A DNA stretch of 55,434 bases, the filler included, from Squatina squatina (taxonomy: Eukaryota): assembly GCA_031763465.1 (NCBI GenBank). It is 3 parts of 3 records of this genome, joined end to end, with 100 filler letters (N's around TTAATTAATTAA, not from the genome) between each part and the next. Parts side by side here need not be neighbours in the genome. Positions count along the whole stretch, not along the records: positions 1 to 20,178 come from JARFOE010000080.1; positions 20,279 to 33,739 come from JARFOE010000162.1; 1 more part is not named here. One strand, 5' to 3'. Each line of letters starts with the position of its first letter. Position 1 is the first letter of the stretch. The notes beneath the pieces are model-generated. The model was not told the origin of the DNA. It ran no database searches and saw only the letters and a program-made list of their open reading frames with translations. This document shows positions 12,401 through 24,246 of the stretch, piece after piece. Position numbers and translations under genes: made by a program.

Positions 12401-14642
12401 GAATATTGTCCTTTGAGGGCTCCAGGCCCCTGGCTGCTGTTTATGGGCTAAAAAGGGCCCTAAAACCCACCACCAAATTTTTACAAACTCACTTCCACGC
12501 CCTGCAGTAATCAGCAGTATCTCCTCACTCCTAGCCCCTCCCACCGAGAGACTGTTACCCACTGAGCCACAGCTGACCCTGTTAATGCCAGATTTTTACA
12601 AACCATGATGTGGTTTCTGATATGAGAAGGCATCTCACAGAAAGTACTATTTTACTCTCGCAAATATTTTTTATATTTTACTGCATTGAAATAACATGGT
12701 AGAACTACTGCCCAAAGCATACAACTACAACATACAACATGGCTCACACATCAGTAAATGCAGGCAACTGTAAAATTAATGTCAGGACTGATTCCTGAGA
12801 ATATAAAATTGAAATCCCTATTTGATGCATGGCAAGAGATAGGAAGCTGTTAAAATGTTTTAAATTATAGACCTACAGCTAATATTAAACTCAAAAAAAA
12901 TCTATGGTTGAATCAACAATTGGATCTCTTGACAGCTGCAGTATATTTTTTGAAATATTAACTAGCAGATTTAACATCTGGTAGATTGATGTGTAAAACA
13001 CAAAGGTCAGATCCAATGCAGACGGGAATTTGGCTTCCACAAGTCTTCTATAATGAGAACTAATAAATTAAGCAAAGCTCCTGTTTACTTCCACAGAGAT
13101 ATTGATGGCTTAGCCCANNNNNNNNNNNNNNNNNNNNNNNNNNNNNNNNNNNNNNNNNNNNNNNNNNNNNNNNNNNNNNNNNNNNNNNNNNNNNNNNNNN
13201 NNNNNNNNNNNNNNNNNCACATGGAATGCAAATGTACACATTAATCATTTTTCTGTCACAAACTCAAAGAGATCTTGGAAACACAGGTTTCGCTACACCT
13301 ATACATCATCATTACAGCAAAATTATAAAGCCATTTTAGACAAAAATAACAAATGGTTTAAATTTATGGGTTTCCCTTGCAGCCATCATTAACACTATCA
13401 AGAAACAGATTCCAGTTAAGTCAATATGTAGAAGAGAATATTACAGTTAAGGCTGCAGTATTCCCATTAAAGGATTTCCCGGTCTATTTGAGAATAGATT
13501 ATTGTTAAATAAGCCAATACCTCAGCCAATGGCTGTGGAACCAGGGGAGATGTGAAGGCTGGAACTAAGACATTTCATAAAGCAATACCATTTACATTTT
13601 TGAACAACTGTCTCATCAACAACAATGGGCCTGATTTTGCTCTCAGCAGCAAACAAATGGCGTCAGCCATTCATTACACTTACACTTGCCTCACTGTTAT
13701 TTCTACTGCAAATTCCAACTTGCAGTTATATAGTGTCTTTAATGTAGAAAAATTACCCTCGGTGCATCACAGAGGTGTAAGGAAAAACAGGNNNNNNNNN
13801 NNNNNNNNNNNNNNNNNNNNNNNNNNNNNNNNNNNNNNNNNNNNNNNNNNNNNNNNNNNNNNNNNNNNNNNNNNNNNNNNNNNNNNNNNNNTGTAGGACC
13901 AAAGAAGACTGATGTGATGGTCTATAATAGACAGTGAATTGAAAGAGTCTAAATAAGGCAAGGAGCATTTAAATCAGGCAATCCCTTGCCTTTTAAGAAC
14001 CTGTTAAAGTAACAGAAGCTAAGGACTGCATCCTTGCTCAAGTAGTTATCTTTTATAATTAAACTTGTACAGGACTGCAATATGTCAGAAGGGATCCAAT
14101 GTGGGGTTTAATTAAGTATTACACTGTTGAAAGTAGATTATAGCAGCTGAAGAATTTAGCCTCTTTAAGCAGATTTATTGTTTTTATTGTGCAGAATATT
14201 GAATTTCTGATCTATATTTAACGGATGGCTAAGGCAGTGAAACAGACATGGACATGGAGTACAAATACAATCCCCTGCAACGCTAACACATTTAGTCTGA
14301 TAACTGAAAAGAAAATAAACTGCTGCCAGAAATCAGAACAGATGGCCTTTCACATGAAGCGCACAATATTGCTTCTAAGCCAACAGTTGTGGTGTCATTT
14401 ATCTTTGTTAGTAAAACTCACAGTTAAGAATCAGCTTCAATATAAAAAAACTGAAAAATAAAACAAATTGCAAGTGAATTATTGCCTGGGATGTTGTTCC
14501 CAAGGGTTAGGTTATAGATTTATTATAAAGTTTTGTTCTCCACTTGGAACAATCCTCATCAGCATTTTTGGATCTGAGAAACCATTTTGGCTAGCTTTTA
14601 CAACTACACTTTGGGATAGTCCTAGATCATCGTTACTACTTT

Positions 14643-14860
14643 AGTCAGTGTGACGCCCCCAGCCAGAACCTGACAAAATCGGGTCGGCCACCTGTTTTAC
14701 ACCCGACCCGATTTTACTCTCCATTGACTTCAATGGAAAGTAAAACCGAGCGGAGTGTCAAAATTTGTATTGTCGTAACACNNNNNNNNNNGGTGTAAAA
14801 CATGAGATGGATCTGATCCGGTCAGTTCTCCGCCGCGTGGGTTAGGTTAAAATTGACTGC
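14643..14860. mobile_element. Palindromic MITE (fold-back element)
   Basis: Central hairpin ttttactctccattga-ct-tcaatggaaagtaaaa (14712-14745, 15/16 paired); outer arms cctgttttacacc / ggtgtaaaacatg. Contains a 10-N gap. Confidence 0.65.
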
Positions 14861-15389
14861 CTAGTATATATTAGCAGAGGTACAGCTCATATGCTGTCTG
14901 GAGTGTTGTTTACTAAGCTATGCCTCAAACAAGGTTTATGATCATTTTTATCTGGCATGACATCTTGGACAGTTGTGGCAATCACATATAATAATTCCCA
15001 TCAAATACTGCAGTGAAAATCTTGTGTACAATACTGCTTAATAACCTTGAACAAACCTAAGGTAAAATTAGATTGTGGACACAAGCAGCCCATTAACAGG
15101 GACGGGCCACTTTCCTTGGAAACAGCAGCTGTCTCCAGGCAATATTTGATTCACTTCTTCCACACAGACAAAAGAATTGTTTTCAGATGCAGCTAATATA
15201 TTTAAAATATATTGCAAAGTTTAAATATATTATAAAGTTCATCTAAGAAGATATATGGGTCAGTTTTGTTGATTTTTCCCTTCAGGGAACACCCAGCCTC
15301 CAGGCACGATGTGAGGATAAAAATGATGGAGAATTGCTTCTCACGGTCTCTGTCCTCTTAATGTTGCCCTAGGTTTTCCAGGGCTTCCT

Positions 15390-15655
15390 GGAAGAGGAGT
15401 GGAGGGAGAAGGTGGGGGAGGAGTTGTTGGAGGAGGGGAAGGAGGATAAGAGGGAGGATGGGAAGGAGTAGGTGATGGGGAGGTGGTGAGTAGGTGTTGG
15501 AGGAAGTAAAGGAGGAGGAGCTTATGGAGGAAGTAAGGGAGCAGGTGAGGGAGGAGATGAGGAAGGAGCTGGCGATGGAGGTGAGGGAGGAGGTGAAGGA
15601 AGAGATGAGGGATGAGAGGGAGGAGGAGGGGAGGGAGGAGATGAGGGAGGAGGTG
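15390..15655 (+). repeat. Purine-rich (GA) degenerate tandem repeat, ~12-nt unit GGAGGAGGTGAG
   Basis: Almost no C on the + strand; recurring gaggaggtgagg / gaggagatgagg; ends at a gap. Confidence 0.85.
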
Positions 15656-15775
15656 NNNNNNNNNNNNNNNNNNNNNNNNNNNNNNNNNNNNNNNNNNNNN
15701 NNNNNNNNNNNNNNNNNNNNNNNNNNNNNNNNNNNNNNNNNNNNNNNNNNNNNNNCTGGTGCAGGGGAGCAAAAA

Positions 15776-16230
15776 GAAGTCATTGTTGGAGATGTTTTGG
15801 TTAGGATTACTGAGGTAAGAAGGAAACCAAGTGAGGACAGTCCCCAAACTGAGGAAAGGCATTGGAGGAGGATGGTGTGGTCAACTGCGTCAAAGGCAGC
15901 AGAGAGGTCGAGGAGGACGTGGAGGAACAGTGCAACATGGTCGCAGTCACAAAGGATGTATTTTGATCAGGGCTGTTTCTGTGCCGTGGCAGGGGTGGTA
16001 TCCTAACTAGGCATTTCAAACATGAAGTTGCAGGAAAAATGGGCACAGATTTGGGAGGCGACAACATGCCCCAGAACTTTGGAGAGGCAATGGAGGTGGG
16101 AGATGAAACAATAGTTTACAAGGTCAGAGGGGTCGAGAGGGTAGGTTTTTTGAGGAAGGTGATAATGGTGGTTTTGAAAGGGTACCTGAGGAGAGGGAAA
16201 CATTTACAATGTTAACTAACACGGGCATCT
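15776..16230 (-). mobile_element. L2 LINE reverse-transcriptase fragment, decayed
   Basis: Frameshifted minus-strand pieces TETALIK, LLVLLDLSAAFDAVDHTILLQ and GTVLTWFPSYLSN, typical of L2 RT. Confidence 0.8.
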
Positions 16231-16467
16231 GTAAATCATAGAATGAAGAAAAAAGCATCAAATTTCTTCTTCAAACACCAGTCTTGTATTATAATAATAA
16301 ATAAAGGGATCNNNNNNNNNNNNNNNNNNNNNNNNNNNNNNNNNNNNNNNNNNNNNNNNNNNNNNNNNNNNNNNNNNNNNNNNNNNNNNNNNNNNNNNNN
16401 NNNNNNNNNNNCCCTGCCAAATGTGTTTAACCCCCCCCCCCCCCCAAAGCATGAGCGAACACCCACC

Positions 16468-16762
16468 CGAGGACATTGGTCCCAGCTCTGTTGAGGTGCA
16501 ACCCATCTGGCCTGTACGGGTCCAACTTTCCCCAGAACTGGTCTTAATGTTCCAGGAATCTAAAGCCCTCCCTCCTGCACCATCTCACCAGACATGCATT
16601 CATCTGCTCTATCCTCCTATTTCTATATTCACTAGCAGGTGGCACATGGAGTAATCTGGCCATTGCTACCTTTGAGGGCCTGCTTTTTAATCTCTTTCCC
16701 AGCTTCCTAAAATCTGCCTGTGGGACCTCATCTCTCTTTCAACCTATGTTGTTGATACCAAC
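16468..16762 (-). mobile_element. CR1 LINE ORF1 SGNH-esterase domain fragment, decayed
   Basis: Minus strand reads VGINNIG*KRDEVPQADFRKLGKRLKSRPSKV..NRRIEQMNACLVRWCRREGFRFL..YRPDGLHLNRAGTNVL, with GxN(D) and DGLH blocks of CR1 ORF1 esterases. Confidence 0.75.
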
Positions 16763-17432
16763 AATCATTGCAGTGTGGTCTAATAATTTGTTTGTTTGGT
16801 GTAGAAACCTTCTGCTGTTATTGGAGAATAAAAGCAGTGCATTGTGATGTAGGAGGGTGTAACTGATTCTATAATGTGGGACCTGAAGATATACTGGATT
16901 ATGTGACCAAACCTGCGGTCAGTTATTTTACCTGGAGGAACAGTCACTACATTTTATGTGTGGTGAACAAGTAAGGCAGATTTTTTGGAGGAGCAGTTTA
17001 ATTGAAAGAATGCAATATTCACAGGGTCCTCACAAAATTCAATTAACTCCCTGTGGCTTAGTCTTGAACATCATGTTCAATACAGTATACTTGAACAAAT
17101 TTGTGCAAGAGTAAAGACATATGGCAAACCAGATGTGGGGCTGGACATGAAATGTTCAAATTTTGATTAAAATGTATAGTACTTGCCACTTGTGTCTGTT
17201 CCATATTGAATGATGATAATTTTATATCTGGTGACTTCATTTGCTTCAATGAAGAGGCTTTAAAATCTAACAATATCTATTTACTGTTTGATTGCTTTTT
17301 TAAAAAGTGGTCATTCCGGTGATGCTGTGAATCCTCACAACCAGTGATACTGCCACACAAGAACCTTCGGCATAGCTGTAGGAACACTTCTTTTAGGCAC
17401 TGAAATCACACTCTTTGATGTTTAGCAGTAAT

Positions 17433-17619
17433 GGCCCGGATTTTGTGCGAAGAATAATGGTGAGGCTATCAGTGTTATGGAGTAAATCGGACAGGAACTC
17501 CCGGCGTCCGCACATACACAGTTAAATGTGGGAATCAGGAAGTTGCTGTCCGATTTGCCCTGCTCCTCCACAGGCTTTGCTGTACCCCGCCAAGAGATTC
17601 GGCATTAAAATACATGAAG
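17433..17619. mobile_element. Probable non-autonomous DNA transposon fragment
   Basis: Begins atggcccggattttg, like atgggcctgattttg at 13625. Internal inverted repeat aaatcggacaggaact / agttgctgtccgattt. Ends at a gap. Confidence 0.45.
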
Positions 17620-19654
17620 NNNNNNNNNNNNNNNNNNNNNNNNNNNNNNNNNNNNNNNNNNNNNNNNNNNNNNNNNNNNNNNNNNNNNNNNNNNNNNNNN
17701 NNNNNNNNNNNNNNNNNNNAGAGATTTTCATATAAACTGAATATTTTTAGAATTCTATAGCAGTCAGAGATTTCCTACAGGTATCCAATACCATCTGACT
17801 CATCTTCGATCAACATTATGCATTTTGCTCTCGGGCCACACAGCAGCCTTCGTGTCGACACAGGATATACTCCAAACTGTGAGATATTTCACACGTAGGC
17901 TCTGTCATGTCTGCATTATGCTAACTGACATCACACCAGAACACTAACTTAAGCTGTCAATGATGGTTCAAGTGAGATGTCGAGTTGGATTGATAAAAAT
18001 GCATAACAAAATGGGACTGAAGCGTTCTTTTGATTCAATGATTTAACAGTTTGTCAGTTTGCTCAGATGGTAGCACTTATTGCCAGACTGGACAGGATGG
18101 GATTGAACTCCATGTAGAGCACTGTCTGAGTTTGCACCAAATGTAACATCTACTCTGGCGTTAAAGAGGTGCCACTGCCTTCGCTGGATAAATTTTTAAT
18201 GAAATTATCCAGGTTCCTAACTAAGAGCACTTCACCAACAGCTACTGGTACCAATTCATTGACAATTTTTTCCTTTTTTAAATCTTTATAGTCCTTTTTC
18301 ACATGAACAACATTTCTCAAAGTGTTTCTCACAACTGATTCTTTTGAGGGCAAGAACATATTTTTAAAATGTGCAGGCGCAAAATGGCTGCCCCATTTCC
18401 CTACATTCTAGCCGGTTTATCGGCATCTAAAAAGAGAAATGTGTGTAAATTCTTGTGTGCTTGCAGCTCTATTGAAAGGACCCANNNNNNNNNNNNNNNN
18501 NNNNNNNNNNNNNNNNNNNNNNNNNNNNNNNNNNNNNNNNNNNNNNNNNNNNNNNNNNNNNNNNNNNNNNNNNNNNNNNNNNNNCTTGGGAAAGAAGTTT
18601 ATGAGATTAGTGCTCAGAGGCAGTTATGTAAGTGTTTATTGACTGGCTTCTGGAAAATAAATAAATAAGCTCTGAAATTCTGGGGACCTGGCTGTGTTGG
18701 CAGAAATGCAGCAGAGTGAGACACCCAGCCGTCCATGACCAGTAATAGAGACCGTGGCCGAGAAACTGGAGGGTTTAGTGCTGGCCGTTAAGGCCTGTTT
18801 TATTGAAAAAAATGGCGGCCACCTCACTTCTGCCCTCTTCCGGCAGGATCCGCAGTGGCTGCCATTTTCGGCAGGTTGGTAGCGCTGCCATTGCCTGTGC
18901 TTGTGGAAAGTATTTAATTAGCAGGAATGTGACATCAATCAGCGTACAACGCTGAATTAATGCATTGCCCATCCATTTTGGAGCTTGTCACTCCTCTTAC
19001 TGCCATCTCCAAAGCACATCCATGCTTGCAGCCATTGACAGCATGGAGAGGCAGGAAAAAGCGTGGTGAGCTAGAATCCATACAGTAAGCAGCTGCTGGA
19101 GTAACTATGGAGCACTATTGGAGTGAAAGCTGCTTCTACTGAGATGCATCAAATCTCCCTCCTGGTCAGTCACAGTATAAGAGGTACTTTTAAAATAAAC
19201 TGTACTGTATTACAGATGTAATAATCTCCTGAAAAATAAAAGCTGCATTTCCTTAAATTTTATACAATGGGGTTTTCTGGTTTAGGAACTGATGAAATGA
19301 CATGCAAAGTTTGGAAGTGTGCTTTTAAAAGGCTTGACACCATATTCCCACAAAGAGTTCTTCAAAGGTCTGCTGCTGTTAAAAATTTAATTGAATTCTC
19401 TTCTGCACCATTTTCACCAGCAATTCCTGAACAAGAGTTCATTGATCCCTTTTTAAAAAATGTCTTTCCATTGATGTCTCATGAAATGGTTTAAGGAAAA
19501 CTGTGCCACAGTCTTTATGTGGTGTTTCCAGGAGTCCATCCAGATCTGAGTCGGTTCTTTCATATTCATTCACCAGGGAGTGAATCCCCTAAGCGATATG
19601 TAGGCTAGTACACGGTCACTGCTAGCTGCAAGACAATGCATCCCCATCCCCCTC

Positions 19655-20178
19655 CCCTTCCTCTTCTTCTTCTTCTTCTTAGGCAGTTCCTTGAGGTCGA
19701 GGATGACTTGCTTCCACCCCAGAGTTGTAGGTTCTGAGATGACTGGATTCGTGATCCACAAGCTCGACCACAGGTGGGGCAGGAGGTATTTGATGAGACG
19801 AGTGGATGGGATGCTCGGGTTTCTGTGCACTCCATCCGCTGCCTGCGCTTGACCTCCATGTGCTCCCGCCGGAGAAGCTCAAAATGGTTGGCGCCTTCGC
19901 GGATGCTTCTCCTCCAGTGCAGGCGGTCTTGGGCCATAGATTCCCATGAGTCAGTAGGGATGTTACATTTTTTCAGGGAGGCTTTGAGGATATCCTTGAA
20001 GTGCTTCCTCTGCTCTCCTGGTAATCGCTTGCCGTGGCAAAGCTCGGAATAGAGTGCTTGTTTCTGGAGTCTTGAGTCGGGCATGCGGACATTGTGGCCC
20101 ACCCATCGCAACTGATTGAGCGTGACCAGTGCCCCGGTGCTGGGAATGTTGGCCTGTGCAATTGCAGGATTTTGTGGA
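19655..20178 (-). mobile_element. RTE-clade LINE 3' end with (AAG)n tail
   Basis: ORF RWVGHNVRMPDSRLQKQALYSELCHGKRLPGEQRKHFKDILKASLK..W...DRLHWR..CPTCGRACGSRI is the RTE ORF2 C-terminus; the aagaagaag tail lies at ~19660-19681. Confidence 0.9.
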
Positions 20179-20278
20179 NNNNNNNNNNNNNNNNNNNNNN
20201 NNNNNNNNNNNNNNNNNNNNNNTTAATTAATTAANNNNNNNNNNNNNNNNNNNNNNNNNNNNNNNNNNNNNNNNNNNN
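20179..20278. other. Artificial scaffold-concatenation spacer
   Basis: Exactly 44 N + TTAATTAATTAA (20223-20234, stop codons in all six frames) + 44 N. Confidence 0.95.
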
Positions 20279-20280
20279 AC

Positions 20281-20345
20281 CCTATAACAAGGAAACCTTG
20301 GTACAGAGGAATGGAAGCAAAATAAAATACTGAAGAAAAAACAGC
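20281..20345 (-). CDS. ATP9A: ATP9A internal exon, 65 nt (transmembrane region)
   Basis: [21 protein letters not shown](G); acceptor ccacAG, then GT at 20280-20279 immediately before the artificial spacer. Confidence 0.92.
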
Positions 20346-22249
20346 CTGTGGAAAGATACAGTTAGTTAATAAATGGAACCATTTTAACTGGCATCTAATT
20401 TGGACACATTTGTATCTGCATTTGAAACAGGCTATTACAGAAAATATTAGTGAGCCCATGGTGCAATGGAGTCATAACTGTGATCTTTCACATCGCTACT
20501 AGCCAAATTGTTGAGAGTTGTGCCTGGCCCCAAGGGTGGCAGGAATACAGTCTATCAATGCATCAGCTCGGTACCTCCCAGCAGACTGGTAGTGGGAGAG
20601 GCAGGAAATCTCCCTGCCCTTCTCACCGGGTGAGGGTAAGGAAGAGAAGGTCACTGCTGCCAATATTTAAAAGAGCACTCTAACCTTGCTTCATCAAGTG
20701 CCAATGTCCATAATTCCATTAGCCATTTATTGTTCTCATGCATGTTTAACGTAGATGAAGGAGGAGAATAAATATTTCTCTCTTTCCCTTCTATCCCCCT
20801 GAATTGTGCACTTTTTAAAATAAATGTGCAAAAACTAATAAATCATGAATGAAACTGGGATTGTCATGAGTACTGCTATATTTTAACAATCCTTACTGAC
20901 AACATAAGTCTGCTTACCAGACCACTAAAAACTACAAACTGGGATACAGTGTGGCAATTGGATTGAAGTGGTCTTTCAGTAGACTGATACCAGTCGTGCA
21001 CCAGTAAGCAAGGTTGGGGCGGTGGGGGAGCGGATGGGTTGGAGGCGACAATCCAATTCTATCACCAATCTGTATAATGGAGTACAATATAAATTAACTG
21101 TCTTTTACCCTTCAAAATTTAGGACTGCTTTTCTATTTATATACAATGCCACGAAGCTATCTTGTGCAAGGCTCAATACATAATGAGCCCCTGTGTTATG
21201 TAATGACTTTCCCAGCCTGTGGCTAGGTTAGCACTGCATGGCAGAGGTTGGGAACAAAGTATTAAAAAGAATTTTTAGAAACACACTTTGATGGCATTCC
21301 TGCATTCTGGCAGACGATAGANNNNNNNNNNCAAATCTTTGCCCGATCTCTGCTAGTCTATCTGATACTTATAAAGGACTCCAATACCACTGTTGTAGCT
21401 GCAATAAACTCATAACAACAGATTCAAATTCCACAGAAATGTAAACCTGATAGCTGCTATTTCTGTACCAGAAGCAGTAACTCAAAACAATACCATTTAT
21501 AGCCACATGCTCTTAACCAAACTATAAAACTGATATGTGACTATTCAATTCCCATTACACATCTAATCATGTAATCGGCCAAATCAAGTAACGTTTCACA
21601 TCAGTGACTGTTGTTATGGCAATTTTATGGGAATCCAACAGTTGGTACAAGAAAATAAGTCTATTATAATTGAAAACAAATCAAAAAATTAGTTCCAGGA
21701 CCCACAAATATTCTACTTGCTCACAACATTCCATAGAATATTTCCCCTTTTAATCTCCCCCTACCCAGACCCCTGCAGCCTCTACTCCAAGTATAATTGG
21801 GTGGGAGCTGCCCCAATTTACAAGTCTGTCTAACATGTAAACTTTTTCTCCAGGAATTGGAGAAATGTTCAAAATTATAGAAGCTCACTTAACTCACACT
21901 GTGTTTGATGTTTCTCTTCAAATTCAATAAATGTAAAGCTCACCTATTGTCGACACCACTGTAGCTACAAAAAAGAAAGAGCTGCTAAAATCCCAGTTAC
22001 TGTGGAAAGACCTGGGATTATTTCCAATAGGATTCACTCCATGCTTTACGGATTCAGTTATCACCTGTAGAAGTAGGAAGCATAACTGATATTATTTCAC
22101 CCCAATACAGAAATTCTTTCTTCTCACATCAAATTTTGAAACAAGGGTAAAGTAGCTGTTCCACTGAATGTGATTTATATCCAAAATCTGCACCTGGGTC
22201 TCAATATTCGTGCTTGATTATTCTCCAACATTAAATATCAATCCCCTCA

Positions 22250-22596
22250 TGTGCGATAACGTGTCTCTCAAAAGGCTTGTTGGAAAATGTCAGGCAAGTG
22301 GTACAATAGGTAATGTAGCTGCATGGCGAGAAGGTTGGCTGGTGGACAGGAAACAAGGGGATGAATTTTCCCATTTTCCGCACAGCAGTACAAGTGGAAA
22401 ATCACCCCAAAGATTTAGGGTAAATGGGTGTGTATGGAGGGGAGAAGGGTTGGGACTGGTGTATCAATGCTGGGTCCATTTTTGTTCTTGGTGTCATATA
22501 AACGATTTGGATTTGAGTGCATGGAGCATAATTTTCAAAGCTACTGATTTGACAAACGGAGAGGAGGACTGTCAAAGACTTCAGGACGATTTACAC
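22250..22596 (+). mobile_element. Old CR1 LINE RT fragment
   Basis: KRLVGK....GTIGNVAAWREGWLVDRKQ, INDLD and EEDCQRLQDDL motifs. Confidence 0.65.
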
Positions 22597-23014
22597 NNNN
22601 NNNNNNNNNNNNNNNNNNNNNNNNNNNNNNNNNNNNNNNNNNNNNNNNNNNNNNNNNNNNNNNNNNNNNNNNNNNNNNNNNNNNNNNNNNNNNNNNNNNN
22701 NNNNNNNNNNNNNNNNNNNNNNNNNNNNNNNNNNNNNNNNNNNNNNNNNNNNNNNNNNNNNNNNNNNNNNNNNNNNNNNNNNNNNNNNNNNNNNNNNNNN
22801 NNNNNNNNNNNNNNNNNNNNNNNNNNNNNNNNNNNNNNNNNNNNNNNNNNNNNNNNNNNNNNNNNNNNNNNNNNNNNNNNNNNNNNNNNNNNNNNNNNNN
22901 NNNNNNNNNNNNNNNNNNNNNNNNNNNNNNNNNNNNNNNNNNNNNNNNNNNNNNNNNNNNNNNNNNNNNNNNNNNNNNNNNNNNNNNNNNNNNNNNNNNN
23001 NNNNNNNNNNNNNN

Positions 23015-23340
23015 ACAGCCCTCTGGGGTAGAGAATTCAAAAGATTCACCACCCTCTCAGTGAAGGAATGTCTCCTCATCTCTGTCCTAAATGGCCGACC
23101 CCTTATTCTGAGACTGCGCCCCCTGGTTCTAGGCTCCCCAGCCAGGGGAAACATCCTCCCTGCATTTACCCTGTCGAGCCCTGCAAGAACTTTATATGTT
23201 TCAATGAGATCACCTCTCATTCTTCTGAACTCTAGAGAATACAATCTATTCAATCTCTCAACATACAACAATCCCACCATCCCAGGAATCAGTCTGGTGA
23301 ACCTTTCGTTGCACTCGCTCTATGGCAAGTACATCCTTTT
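23015..23340 (-). mobile_element. CR1 LINE ORF2 C-terminal fragment
   Basis: YVERLNRLYSLEFRRMRGDLIETYKVL..TRGRSLRIRGRPFRTEMRRHSFTERVVNLLNSLP. Confidence 0.9.
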
Positions 23341-23854
23341 ACTCATAAGCCCATCAGGGAGCAACTTCTGGGACTGGGATTATTATTGTCCTCTCACAAC
23401 AAAGACAGAAGTAACTGCAGCACACAGATTAAAGCCCTTCCACACCCCACACCCTACCCCCCATCCCCGTCACCTCCCAAAGTTGGTTGAGGAAAACTTG
23501 CCCCTTCTCTATACTCTCCCACTCTGGCCGACTTTCTCCTGGAGGATAGATGGAAGTGGGGGGGGGGAATGGAAATATAATATATATAATATAAAATTGG
23601 ACTAGGATTTTCAACCTTCATTTTAAAGTCACACATGCTGTGCTTATTTTGAAGTAATAATTGATTTGAAATCATTATCTGTGTAAAATTGAAGAGTACA
23701 TACTCAAAATCTGTTGTTTCGTATTGCAGATGCTGACTGACCTGCTATGTATTTCCAGCATCATTTTGTTGCCTGTGCAATCCTGTCACTTTTCATATTT
23801 TCTTAGTTATGTTAAATCAAACATCTGTTTTTAAGAACACGGAGGTTTGGCTAC

Positions 23855-24010
23855 CTGCATTGTACTGATACACAGGCTCCTGTGAATCACAAACTGGCTG
23901 AGAGCAGCTGATCTCTTGTAGCTGTTGCGCCCATGAACCATCAGCAATCTACCAAGGTGTTTGAACTGAGTTATAGAGAAATCTGATGCCAAAGACGCCT
24001 GCTTTCCTTC
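23855..24010 (-). CDS. ATP9A: ATP9A internal exon, 156 nt
   Basis: [52 protein letters not shown]; flanked by cttcAG and GTagcc. HRSLCIST is ATP9A-type. Confidence 0.95.
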
Positions 24011-24177
24011 CTGAAGAGTTAAAAAGAACAATATATGGCTTTGTTTAGCAGTGTGGGTTTATGTTAAAGTACAAACTTAAGGAAAGCACAGTTTCTGACA
24101 AACATCTTGGGTCACAAAGTTTAAAAAAAAAAAAATTTTTCAGGTATCAAGGCAATGAAAGAAGCCAATTGAACAAC

Positions 24178-24246
24178 CAGTGTGGACTAGATTCAAACCC
24201 AGCTGGCAGAGATGAAGGGACCGTATTCTAAGCCACTACACCACCT
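24178..24246 (-). mobile_element. tRNA-derived SINE head
   Basis: Reverse strand has an A-box-like TGGTGTAGTGG and a B-box-like GGTTTGAATCT; no complete cloverleaf. Confidence 0.5.

Noticed and set aside
15341-16006. Glu-rich 170-aa ORF and antisense Leu/Pro-rich ORFs
   Set aside because: They are translations of a GA tandem repeat, a gap and an antisense L2 fragment.
17064-17080. Short palindrome ttgaacat-c-atgttcaa
   Set aside because: An isolated 8-bp-arm palindrome is expected by chance in 55 kb.
18052-18130. tRNA gene candidates (also 24178-24246 and 27461-27537)
   Set aside because: Only degenerate A/B boxes are present, with no acceptor stem or cloverleaf; these are SINE heads.
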